NCBI GenBank assembly: GCA_024679065.1
Contig: JAGIQG010000029.1
Location: 22,506,001 to 22,570,000 of the forward strand
Length of the DNA stretch: 64,000 nucleotides
Source: Sphyrna mokarran
Taxonomy: Eukaryota
Direction of reading: 5' to 3'
In this document: piece after piece, positions 51,080-62,520 of the stretch
How positions within the stretch are numbered: the stretch's first letter is position 1
Layout: every line of letters starts with the position of its first letter
Notes under the pieces: model-generated
Told to the model about the DNA's origin: nothing
What the model saw: only the letters and a program-made list of their open reading frames with translations
Databases searched by the model: none
Program-made: the position numbers and the translations under genes

Positions 51080-53157
51080 CATGAACCTGGTTCAATTCAA
51101 ATTTGTTCTGGACAAAGAAATTGACAAATTACAGAAAAAGGTTTTGGATCGAGGGAGAGTAGATTTTAACAAAATTAGGCAGGATCTGGCCAAAGTAGAC
51201 TGGAATGAGTTACTTGCGGGCAAATCTACAGGACAACAGTGTTCAAAGATGAAATAGGGAGGGTACAGGCCCAACATGTTTCCTCTAGGGTAATAGGAAA
51301 ATGTAACAAAGCCAGAGAGCCATGGATGACCAAAAATATTCAGGATACAATGAGAAGGAAAAGAGAGGCTTTTAACAAATATGAGGGAAGTAGGTTTGCA
51401 GATGCTTTAATGAAGTGCAGAAAGTGCAGGATGGAGCTTAAGAAATCAATTAGGAGAGCAAAAAGGGGATATGAGAAAATTCTGGCTGCTAAAAGTAGGG
51501 AAAATCCGAAGATAGTCAATATCAATGAGAAGAGGTTAACCAGGGAAAGAATAGGACCTATCAAAGACCCAGGGGGAAATCTGTGGGTGGAGGCAGAGGA
51601 TATTGGTAGGATTTTAAATGAATATTTCACATCTGTCTTTACCCATGAGAATGAAGAAGTAGTTATGGAATTCAGGGAGAAAGACTCTAGGGAAAATTAT
51701 CATAGGCAGTGACAAAGTATTGGAAGCATTAACGGGCTTAAAACTGGACAAATCTCCAGATCTGGATGAATTGTGACCCAGGCTATTGTGGGAGGCAAGG
51801 GAGGAATTTGCAAGGGTTCTGAACCAAATTTTTAATTCCTCCCTGGCCACTGGGGAAGTGCCAGAAGACTGGAGAAAAGCTAATGTGGTCCACTATTTAA
51901 GAAAGCTTGTAGAGTCAAACCAGGAACTACAGACCAGTGAGTCTCATATCTGTGGTTGGAAAATATTGGAGATCTATCTCCATTTGGAGAAGCATGGTTT
52001 GATCGGGGATAGTCAGGATGGTTTTGTCAGAGGGAAGCCATGCCTAACAAATTTGATTGAATGTTTTGATCATGTAACCAAGTATGTGGATGAGGGTAGT
52101 GCAGTTGATGTAGTTTACATGGATTTCAGCAAAGCCTTTGACAAAGTCCCATATGGGAGACTTATTAAGAAGGATAATGCACATGGCATACAGGGTAATC
52201 TGATAAGGTGGATTCATAATTGGCTTAGCAGTAGAAGACAGAGCGTGGTGATAGACAGCTGCTTTAGTGACTGGAGGCCAGTGACCAGTGGCCACAGGGA
52301 CCTGTTCTGGACTCCCTATTGTTCCTCATTTATATAAATGACATAGATAACTATGTGGGGAGAGTAGGATCAGTATGTTTGCCAATGACACAAAAATTGG
52401 CTGTGTGGTTAACAGTGAGGTTGATTGTCTTGGTTACAGGAAGAAATAGACGGGATGGTCAAGTAGGCAGATAAACGGCAGATGGAATTTAATCCTGAAA
52501 GTGTGAGGTAATGCACTTTGGAAGGAGTAATTTGACAAAGAAGTGTACTGTGAAAGATCTGACACTGGAAAGCTCTGAAGAACAAAGGGACCTTGGTGTA
52601 TTTGTCCATAGACCTCTGAAGGTGGAAAGGTGGGTAAATAGGGTTGTGAAAAAGATATATGGTACACTTGCCTTTATCAATTGAGATACAGATTACAAAA
52701 GCAACAGGTCATGATGAAGTATAAAACTTTGGTGAAGCCAAAGCAGGAATACTGTGTGCAATTCTGGTTGCTACATTATACGAAGGATATGAATGCACTA
52801 GTGGGGGTGCAGAGGAGATTTATAGGATGCTACTTAGGGTGGAACATTGAAGTTATGAAGAGAGGTTGGATAGGCTTGGGTTGTTTTTGTTGAAGCAGAG
52901 AAGACAGAGGGGCGACCTAATTGAGGTATTCAAGATTACGAGGGGCATAGAGAGTGTGGATAGGGAGCAGCTGGTCCCCTTAGTTGAAGGGTCAGTTTTA
53001 AGGGCACACAAGTTAAAAGTGAGGAGTGGGAAGTTTAGGGGGGATTTGAGGAAAAACCTTTCTTACCCAGAGGGTGGTGATGGTCTGGAATGCACTGTCT
53101 GGGAGGCTGGTGGAGGCAAGTTGCCTCACATCCTTTAAAAAGTACCTGGATGAATAT
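51080..53157 (+). mobile_element. CR1/HER1 LINE ORF2 pseudogene fragment (~2.1 kb)
   Basis: PWMTKNI..LNEYFTSVFT..TGEVPEDWRKANV..DSQDGFVRGKPCLTNL..VDVVYMDFSKAFDKVP..FANDTK..EYCVQFW..RGDLIEVFKI, with many stops and frameshifts. Confidence 0.95.
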
Positions 53158-53505
53158 TCTCATCCTTGTTTCAAACCTCTCCTTAGCCTGATTCCTCACT
53201 ATCGGTGTAACCTCCTCAAGCTGATCTGCCAAAATATCTGCACTCCTCTAATTCCGGCCTTATATATATATGTATATCCCCGAGTTAAAATCACTTGTTG
53301 ATGGCTGCCATTGTTTCAGCCGCTTCAGATTCTGAAATTCCTTTTCTATAAGTCTTTACCTCTCAGCACATATCCTTTCCCCTTGAACGTGTTCCTTACA
53401 GCCCAACCCTTTGAACAAATGTTAGATCCTCATCTGTCTATATATGTAGCTCGATGTCATATTTTGTTTGGTATCTTGGAACCTTTTGGCAAGGCTTCAC
53501 ATATC

Positions 53506-53853
53506 AGCAGCATGGTGGCACAGTTGTCAGCACTGCTGCCTCACACCTTCAAGGTTCAATTCCCGCTTGGATCACTGTTTTGTGCAGAGTTTTCACCTTC
53601 TTCTCTGCCGGAACTTGATTGCCATGCCTCCCCCGGAATTGTAGCTGGCGCGGCTCACAGAACAGAATCTCCCATTGACCCCCATGTCTGCGTGGGTTTC
53701 CTCCCACAGTCCAAAAGACGTGCTGGTTAGGTGCATTGGCCATGCTAAATTCTACCCAAACAGGCACCCGTGTGTGGAGACTAGGGGATTTTCACAGTAA
53801 CTTCATTGTGGTATTAATGTAAGCCTACTGATGACAAATAAAAAAACTTTAAA
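53506..53853 (+). mobile_element. HE1-like V-SINE, tail class B, with ~80-bp MITE-derived insert
   Basis: Head and tail intact, foreign segment at ~53597-53680. Confidence 0.85.
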
Positions 53854-54353
53854 ATGCAAGTTACTGTTATGGTACATTAACACACAACTATTTTAGTAGA
53901 GGAGTAACCGCATTTATTTCAAATTAGTTAATGCCTCCTCAGAAATAACAGGAGTGTTTTCAACATGTTAAGTATTGAATGTGAATCTTTCTTTAGGGCC
54001 TTTTTCTTCTGAGCCATTTTTTTATTTGTAAAACATTTCTTAGCTCTGTTGTGAAGCTTTAAGTCAAAACTTCCTGACAGCAAAAAGACTCGGGCACATC
54101 TGATATACAATAGAGACTTCAACAAACAGATGTCTTGCTGCTCCAAAGCTTCATTTGTTTCCAATTAAATTCATTTACAATGCATCTAAATATCAGGTAC
54201 GTCTTAAATGATTTAGCCTCAACCACTGAATCCAAACAATGACCTGACCCATGATATCATTCGCATAATTTCTGCCATTTATGATTAATGATTCCTCAGT
54301 TACTTCCCAGGGTGATGCCTGTACCATCTTTATTCAAAACATCTCAGTTTCAA

Positions 54354-54668
54354 AGAATCATAGAATCTCCACAGTGTAGAAGGAATTCTTTCAGCCCATC
54401 AAGTTTGCACTGACCACAATCCCACTCAGGGTCTTTTCCTGTAACTTCACATATTTACCCTGCTAATCCTCCTGACATTAAGGTCAATTTACCATGGCCA
54501 ATCAATGTAACCCGCACATCTTTGTATTGTGGGGGGAAACCGGAGCATCCGGTGGAAGTACACACAGACATGGGGAGAATCTGTAAACTCCACACAGACA
54601 GTGACCTGAGGCCAGAGTTGAACCTGGTACGCTGGCACTGTGAGGCAGCAGTGCTAATCGCTGTGTCC
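54354..54668 (-). mobile_element. HE1-like V-SINE, tail class A
   Basis: Near full copy, abutting a CR1 3' end. Confidence 0.88.
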
Positions 54669-54935
54669 TCCAGAACTGAGGTGAGGAGAAATTTCTTCTC
54701 CCAGAGAGTGATGAATTGTGAAATTCACTGCCACAGAAAGTAGTCGAGGTCAAAACATTGAGTGATTTCAAAAAGAAATTAATTATAGCTCTTGGGACGA
54801 AATGGATTAAAGAATATGGGGGAAAGGTTGGATCAAGGTATTGAATTTGAAGATCAGCTATGATCAAGGTGAATGGCAGATTAGGTTCGAAGGGTTGAAT
54901 GCCTTACTCCTGCTTCTATTTTCTATGTTTTTATG
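54669..54935 (+). mobile_element. CR1 LINE 3' end
   Basis: RTEVRRNFFSQRVMN. Same subfamily as 33270-33555. Confidence 0.85.
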
Positions 54936-56055
54936 ACCCTTTTGTACGAATGGCATTTAAGTCAATTACAGAACTCTACACTTTTTGGAGAATGGCTGAG
55001 ATTTTTAACACATTTTTCAACTTTGCCTAACTTTTACCTTAGACTGTATGGGATAATGACCTGACCCATGATATCAATCGCCGTAACAGAGCGACAAGAT
55101 TTACTTGATCTTTCTGTTTCAGAACAATATTTTTTCAGAGGGAAATTTTAAAGAAAGAATTATTTTAAAAATCAAAGTGGAAAAATAAGTTATGTTTCAA
55201 TATATTTTGTTTCCAAATACACAACTTCATTTCTAGGGATAACAACCTTGTAATGAAAATTAAATTGCTTGAGAGTGTTAAAACATAGAATTGCTAAGAA
55301 TGGCCAGGAGCACTTGGAACTATTACTCATTGTTAAAAGGTACTGACAGCATTCACAGTGCTCATTGTTAGATATTGAGTGCTGTTACCATGAGCAGTTA
55401 TAGTAGTTTAAGAGCTGTGCAGTGTTTAACATGAGGGATAGGATTTTATGGCCTCACTTATCCCAAAATCATAAAATCCCATGTAAGGTAAATGGACCTT
55501 TCCATGGTCCATCCCTCACCTGCTCCGATTCTCGTGGCATGCAGGGTGGTAGAATACCAGCTGAGGTCACCAACATAAACAGATTGCACATTCACCTTCT
55601 TTTACACCCTGCCATTGATGAAGTTGAGATGATGTTGTTCCTTTTAATTAGTTTCCACATCTAAATCATACATCCAAATGTACCTTTCAGCCTTACATAG
55701 ATGCTCCAAAAATAAACATGGGATTATCCCAAATTATATCAATTATGCTTCTCTGAACCTGTCTAATCATTCGATGTGGGACTTTCCCACTCATCCCAAG
55801 AGCTGAAAATCCCACCTGAGGTCAATGAACGTTTGCATGGTCTGTGTTCCGCTTGCTATGATTCAATGGCAGGTGGAATGGGAAAATTCCACCCTCTATG
55901 TCACTTCATCCCAGATATCCAAAGATCACTTCAAGTTTGTTACTTTGCTCAGTGGAGATATTTTGGGATAACAGCACACTTAACAATTGGCAATCTCAGA
56001 CCTTGGCTGCATCACCGTCAAGCAGGCAGTTTGCTGCCAGAGGAAATCTTTAATT

Positions 56056-56352
56056 AAAGTTAAAAAGCTTATTTATTAGTCACAAGTAGGCTTACATTAA
56101 CACTACAATGAAGTCATTGTGAAAATCCCCCAGCCGCTACACTCCAGCGCCTGCTCAGGCACACTGAAGGAGAATTGAGCATGGCCAATACACCTAATCA
56201 TCATGTCTTTCAGACTGTGGGAGGAAACCAGAGCACCCAGAGGAAACCCATGCAGACATGGGACAAACGAGAAGACTCCACACACTAATCCAACTGAGAA
56301 ATGAATCCGAGTCCCTGGCGCTGTGAGGCAGCAGTGCTAATCACAGTATTAC
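56056..56352 (-). mobile_element. HE1-like V-SINE, tail class B
   Basis: Near full copy. Confidence 0.9.
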
Positions 56353-56443
56353 CTTACTAACCTTAATTATGAATTAAGGATTAGAAGTTGAGCTACTGTG
56401 GTGAAAAAGTCAGGAGAGCAAGCATCTTTTCAATTAATACAAT

Positions 56444-56734
56444 TGTGGTAGTGTGGCCCCTTTGGCGGGAGGGGGGGGGTGGTGTGGAAAAATTCTTTCA
56501 GGGCCATGTGATCAGGCCAGACTCTTTGTAGGGTTGTGGCTGGAAGCTGAACCAATTGAGTGCAAGGACGGTATCCTGGGTGAGGGAGGATCCTCAGTTG
56601 GGGCCAGAGAGGAGTGTTGTCCAGTCACATTGTTTACTCTGTCTGACCTATTTATTGTAAACATTTACTTATTGCTGGCAATAAATCCCTTGTTACTTTG
56701 AACGTCATCGAGCAGCCCTTCATTTATTCCAACA
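56444..56734 (+). mobile_element. Possible solo LTR
   Basis: Starts TGTGGTAGTGTGGCCCCTTT, has AATAAA ~55 bp before a terminal AACA. No clear TSD. Confidence 0.4.
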
Positions 56735-56976
56735 ATCATCTTGATTTTACTGTAGTTTGTATGCCTCGGTATACTTACCTGGCTGGGGTGAAACTACGAT
56801 CAAGCAGGGGGTTGATGTTAGCTTATTGTACAGAGGAGTGTGCTAATGCCTGCAGTCATGGTTTTTCTCAGCTACAGTAGAATTAAAGATCATAGTAGCT
56901 AAAGACGTTAAACCAAGGCTATACTTGATGCAACTTTTTAAAGCCACCTCGGCCTTTTGGCTAAGATAAAGCGGTG

Positions 56977-57319
56977 GAATCATAGAAAACCTACAGTACA
57001 GAATGAGGCCATTCAGCCCATCGAGTCTGCACTGGCAACAATCCTACCCCAGGCCCTATCCCCACAACTCCTCACATTTACTTCGCTTATCCCTCTGACC
57101 TACACATTCCAGGGCACTAAGGAGCAAGTTAGCATGATCAATCGACCTAACTCGCATATCTTTGGATTGTGGGAGGAAACTGGAGGACACAGAGGAAACC
57201 CATGCCAACATGAGGAGAATGTACAAACTCCACACAGACAGTGACGCAAGCCAGGAATTGAATCCAGGTCCTGGAGCTGTGAGGCAGTGGTGGTAACGAC
57301 TGTGCCACTGTGTCACCCC
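56977..57319 (-). mobile_element. HE1-like V-SINE, tail class A
   Basis: Full copy inserted just after the U2-like segment. Confidence 0.92.
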
Positions 57320-57477
57320 ACTAGATAACTCTTGGAGTGGGATGCAATGTCTCATCCTCTTAGCTTGGATCTTGTTTGATCAAGCCCAAGATGGGATGTA
57401 ATGTCTTGTCCTATAAGCTTAGATTTTAGTTGTCCCTCATGCGGGGACCATGATTGGACTTAAATTGAATTAAATAA

Positions 57478-58502
57478 AATAGAACAAAGAACAAAACAGG
57501 CCCTTCGGCCAAACGAGCCCACGCCGCCACCCCGATGTTCCCACCTCTACCCGTGATCCCTGTCCATGTTTATAGATCTATGGATTAAAAACCAAATTTG
57601 AGACAATTTAGGAGAATTTGTTTTGCCAATTAGCCTAAGAGCACATTTTTGGAATGTGGGAGAAAACCGGAGCACCCGGAGAAAATCCACGCAAGCATGA
57701 GGAGAATGCGCAAACTCTCACAGACACAGGCCCAAATCCATGTATCTGCACAGCACAGCGATAGTCACTGAGCTGTCGTGTTGCCAATCAAATGGTCCAG
57801 GTCAAGCGTACACTAATGATGTGAAGCACTAGGATACACTCGAAAAAAAAATCCAAGAGCAGCCCTCTCACGACCCATCGCGTGTATGCCCCTTGTTAGA
57901 CAACAAGGTGGACCAAAGCACCTGTAGGATAAAAACAAGTACATCAATATCATCGTCGATTTACACACTTTCCAGGGACTGCCAAGGCTCATGGTTCCTA
58001 TTTCAAATCAGTTTTCTATACCCCTCCATTCCCATTCTGTTCATGTGCCCATCTAAGTATTTCTTAAATAACTCCAGAGTGCCTGCTTCCACCACTTTAC
58101 TTGGCAGCGCACCACCTTCTGTGTGAAAAAACTCCCTCTAACATCCAAATTATATCTTACCCCTCTCACCCTAAGCCTGTGACCCCTCGTGCTATTTGAG
58201 TCCATCCTAGAAAAAAGCTTAACCCTGTTTACTCTATCTATACCCCTCATAATCTTGTACACCTCTATTATTTCTCCTCTAAATCTATGTCTTTCTAAGG
58301 AAAACAGCCCCAATTTGCCTAATCTCTCCTCATAACTCAGACCTTCCATACCAGGCAGCATCCTGGTAAACCTTCTCTGCATTCTCTCCAGACTCTCCAC
58401 GTCCTTTCAGTAGTAAGGCGACCAGAACTGGACGCAGTATTCCAAATGAGGTCTAATCAACATTTTATACAACTGCAACATTAAAGGCCAGCTCTTGTAC
58501 TA
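57478..58502 (-). mobile_element. CR1 LINE 3' end whose long 3' UTR contains a divergent V-SINE (57480-57786)
   Basis: LEYCVQFWSP..LERMQRRFTRMLPGM..FFTQKVV, then ~230 bp of unique sequence, a V-SINE body, and a CR1-type GGCCGAAGGGCCTG..(TTCTTTG)n tail. Confidence 0.8.
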
Positions 58503-59337
58503 TACCAAAAGGTACTAATTAAAAAAAATACAGTTGGTGAATTTTGCAATGAATTTTATGCAACATTAAAAGAGAGATGTTGAACACAGATGTTTAGCTC
58601 TGTTTCTATGGTTACTGATAGGTATTCTTAGTCTTTAATTTAAATGCAGCACAAGAGCTTCCTTCCAGTCTACACTTAAATCCCAACCTCTCTAATAATT
58701 CAGCAATTGATTCTAATTCTAATGTCTTTGTGTTGTTGATTGAACACCACTGAAATAAAAACTGAACTAAAACTGCTGCTGGGCAATAATCAGCAGCAAG
58801 TAAAACTTTTGTCATGAAAAGGTTTAAGTTTCTACCAAAATAACAGAAGTTTCACATGAGTTAATATTATTGATTACACTTTGTGAAATAGAAAACATAA
58901 AAAATCATAGAAATTCCAAAGCGTAGAAAGAGGCCATTTGGCCCATCAAGTCTGAAATAACCACAATCCAACCCAGGCCCTACCCCCATATCCCTACACA
59001 TTTACTTGCTAATCCTTCTATACTTAAAGAGTGTTAGGTTGGCTTAAAAATAACAAAGTGAACATTTTTCCTATGTTAACTTTAGAAAACCTGTCCTGAT
59101 TGTTGGTTCTGTCTATGATGGCAGCACATAACCAGTCAGGTACTCACCACATCAGCAACAAAAACAAATAGCGATCAAATGGGGAGCGGACAAAGAGGAG
59201 AGCCATTTAACCTCCAGTTAATAAATAATGTAGAACTGCTGTACAAATGACATGTAAACATGTCATAAGAAGGTATTCATGGTCTCTAACCTAGGATAAT
59301 AAATTAGTTTTCAACCCATTGCCACAAACCCAAGATT

Positions 59338-59640
59338 GGCAGCACAGTGGCACAGTAGTTAGCACTGCTGCCTCACAGTGCCAGGAATCTGGTTTCATTC
59401 CTGGCTTGGGTCACCGCATGGAGTCAGCACATTCTCCCCGTGTCTGATTGATTTTGCTCTAGGTACTCCGGTTTCCTTCCACAGTCCGAAAGACATGTTT
59501 GTTGGATATATTTGTCATACTAAATTCTCCCTCAGTGTACCCAAACAGGCGCCAGACTGTGGCAACTAGGAGATTTTCAAAGTAACTTCACTGCAATGTT
59601 AATGTAAGTCTACTTGTAACACTAATAAAAAAAACTTTTG
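59338..59640 (+). mobile_element. HE1-like V-SINE, tail class B
   Basis: Full copy. Confidence 0.9.
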
Positions 59641-60233
59641 AAAAATGTTCAGATTATATAGCATCAAAGTACTTAATAAACAGGCCTAGCTTAGCTCAAA
59701 TCTTAAATTCACTACCTAAACTTTAAAAGTACCAATATAGTTATTCTATGGTATTAAAACAAAATCTCCATTTAACCACTAGAATGGTGATCTCTGCCGG
59801 GCACATCCATTCAATCCAATTGTTCTTCTGCAGCCAATTTTCGGATAACAGTTTGAGTTATCAACAGATTGTTCAACAGCATATCAATAACCTTGTCCAA
59901 TTCCAATCTTTCCTGCAGGATTATCGGTTAACCAGCAAAGTTGTTTTGTATTTCCCTCTTGATCAGCCAAGTCTGTGTTAGCTATTGTAATCTCTTGCTG
60001 CAATTCTGGCTCACATTAACCCACTTAGCACCAACTGGAATTTGAATCTATTTACAATGATCAAACCACAGTGGACATTCCATACTGACTAAGAAATTAT
60101 GGTTTTTATCATCTGGTCTGTTTGTAATGAGTAGAATCAATCAAACATGTTAACATTACACAGAAAATTTAAACAAAATAAGAAGTTTGCTGAAATGGGT
60201 TTGTTATTTTGGTGATTTTTTTTTTAAAATTAA

Positions 60234-60927
60234 GGGCCTGATTTTACCATTTTCATTCTAAGTGCTGAATCTGGGCGCAATTCGGATCCAACTTGGAAAC
60301 CTGCTTTCAGGGTGCTCCCATATGCACTCAGCCTGAAAAAAATTGCGGGTCTGAATTGCGCTGAGGCTGGGCTTAGCGTGCACAAATTGATCGGAGCTCT
60401 GAACTGCGCACGCGCAGTTAGAAAAAGGTTTGTAAAAGTGTGCCCGTGTCAGATCGTTCTCAAGCTGCAGAAAGTAGATAAAGCAGCCTGATTTTACCAT
60501 TGCGTCAGCCTGTTTTCAGGTGCGAAAACGTGGTAAAATCAGGCATGAGGCCATTAACGTGATCCGTGCCCGGGTCTGCGCAGATGGCCACTTTACCGAG
60601 TCCGGGAATGGCCGCGATCTGAAACAGGTAATTTAAATGTATTTGCATGCATTCAATTGAATTAATGAGCTGTCTGCCCAATTTTACCAACATTTACCTC
60701 TTTTACCATCACTATCATGCTTCCAGATTCAGCACGAAACAGACCTGTTAGCATTTAAATCGCCGATCACCTGTTTTGGGCGCAAATCAGATTAAGGCCA
60801 TTCCCAGGCCTCGATAAAGTGAGCATCTGAACAGACACAGATGCAGATCGCGTTAATGATCTCACGTCCAACTTTATCACATTTTTGTGCCCGAAAACAG
60901 GCGCGACACAACAGTAAAATCAGGCTC
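60234..60927. mobile_element. PIF/Harbinger-type non-autonomous transposon, 694 bp
   Basis: TIRs GGGCCTGATTTTACC / AGTAAAATCAGGCTC, TAA duplicated on both sides (60231-60233, 60928-60930), CpG-rich. Confidence 0.9.
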
Positions 60928-61071
60928 TAAATGTTGATGTAGGATGACGCTGAATCTTATGAGGAGTCCAGAAAGCGCAATATTTGTGCTGTCCTAACAG
61001 TCTGAATGTGTCAGGTTTCATAGATATACTGTCCAAAATATTGCGTAACCCAAAGCAAGTGAAAAATCTCT

Positions 61072-61374
61072 TCATAGAACCCTCAGTCAAAAGGAGGCCA
61101 TTCAGCCCATTGAGTCTGGACTGACCACAATCCCACCCAGTCCCTATTCCCATAACCCCACATATTTACCCTGCTAATCCCCCCTCACACAAGGGTCAAT
61201 TTAGTATGGCCAATCAATCCAACCTGCACATCTTTTAGACTATGGGAGCATCCGGATGAAATCCATATAAACACAGGGAGAACGTGCAAACTCCACACAG
61301 ACCGTGACCCAAGGCCGGATTTGAACTTGGGCCCCTGGCGATGTGAGATAGTAGTGCTAACCACTTTGCCACCA
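61072..61374 (-). mobile_element. HE1-like V-SINE, tail class A
   Basis: Full copy. Confidence 0.9.
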
Positions 61375-61476
61375 TTCATTCTCTAAAGATGTGCAGGTTT
61401 GATGGATTGGTCATGCTAAATTGCTCCTTACTGCTCAAAGATGCGTAGCTTGGGTGGATTAGCCATGGTAAATGCA

Positions 61477-61809
61477 ATTCACTAAAGATCCTTAGACAGC
61501 ACCTTCCAAACTCATGACCACTTCCATCCAGAAGGACAAGAGTAGCAGATACATGGGAACATCACTACCTGCAAGTTCCTTTCCAAGCCACTCACCATCC
61601 TGACTTGGAAATGTATCACAGTTCCTTTGCAGTCATTGTGTCAAATTCCTGGAACTCCCTCCCTAAATGATATTATGAGTTAATGTACAGAACATGGATT
61701 GCAGCATTTCAAAAAGGCAGCTCATCATCATCTTCTCAAGGGCAACTAGGGATGGACAATAAATCCTGACCAGCCAGTGATGCCTATGTCCCATAAATTA
61801 ATTAAAAAG
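61477..61809 (+). mobile_element. LINE 3' end (CR1/L2-group) inserted in a truncated HE1-like SINE (61385-61935)
   Basis: SWNSLP..LQHFKKAAHHHLLKGN*. AAATGCA duplicated at 61470-61476 / 61810-61816. Confidence 0.8.
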
Positions 61810-62051
61810 AAATGCACATGTTTATGGGGATATTACAGACAGGAGGGCCTGGGTGGGGTAATCTTTTGAAGAGTTGGTGCTGACTTGATGTGCCAAATGG
61901 CTTCTTTCTGCATTCTAGAGGTTCCATGGTTCTATTACGTGATTCTCATGACACTTGACAATTCTTCCTCAGAAGAATTTTGTTTTGGTACCATTTCCAA
62001 AGTGAAAGTATCTCTGAAAATTACTATCATTCTCATTACCCATATCTCTTG

Positions 62052-62520
62052 TTTTTTTTATTCATTCATGGAACATAGGCATCACTGGCTGGCCACCATT
62101 TATTGCTCATCCCTAGTTGCTGTTGAGAAGGTGGTGGTGAGCTGCCTTCTTGAATCACTGCAGTCCACATGCAGTGGGTTGTCCAACAATGCAACTGGAA
62201 AGGGAATTTCGAGGAATATGGCCCAACGACTGTGAAGGAATCACAAAGTCAGAATGGTGAGTGACTTGAAGGGAAACTTTCAGGTGTGGTGGTGTTCCTA
62301 TATACCTGCTGCCCTTGTCCCTCAAGATGGAAGTGGTTGTGGTTTGGAAGATGTTGTCTAAGAATCTTTGATGAATTGCTGCAGTGCATCTTGTAGCTAT
62401 TACACACTTCTGCTCCTGAGTGTCGATGGTGGAGAGAGTGAATATTTGTGGATGTGGTGACAATCAAGTGGGCTGCTTTGTCCTGGATGATGTTAAGCTT
62501 CTTGAGTTGTTGAAGTCATC
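62052..62520 (-). mobile_element. Same LINE family 3' end, opposite strand
   Basis: Reverse complement of 61477-61809, extending further 5' (TTQEA..IQDKAAHLI..NIHSLHHR..YKMHCSNSSKILRQHLPN). Confidence 0.8.

Larger units (their letters stand above)
56771..58528 (+). mobile_element. Candidate snRNA-derived SINE (U1-U4-U2 chimera), copy 2, split by two later insertions
   Basis: Begins exactly at ATACTTACCTGGC (U1 +1). U4-like 56895-56919, U2-like 56948-56971, body 57321-57472, terminal piece 58503-58528. Confidence 0.8.

Noticed and set aside
51239-53138. Intact reverse transcriptase gene
   Set aside because: Multiple stops and frameshifts, catalytic DD degraded, truncated at both ends.
56771-56860. 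Functional U1 snRNA gene
   Set aside because: Diverged, lacks the 3' half and Sm site, and is fused to U4/U2-like pieces.
56915-56930. U3 snoRNA 5'-end-like AAGGCTATACTT
   Set aside because: Only ~12 nt and not supported by copy 1.
57468-58530. AATTAAATAAAATA / AATTAAAAAAAATA as TSD of the CR1 composite
   Set aside because: Low complexity, and the right copy is better explained as the snRNA-SINE's own terminus.
58612-58750. Possible minus-strand exon (WCSINNTKTLELESIAELLER..)
   Set aside because: Has an acceptor-like site but no good donor or recognisable homology.
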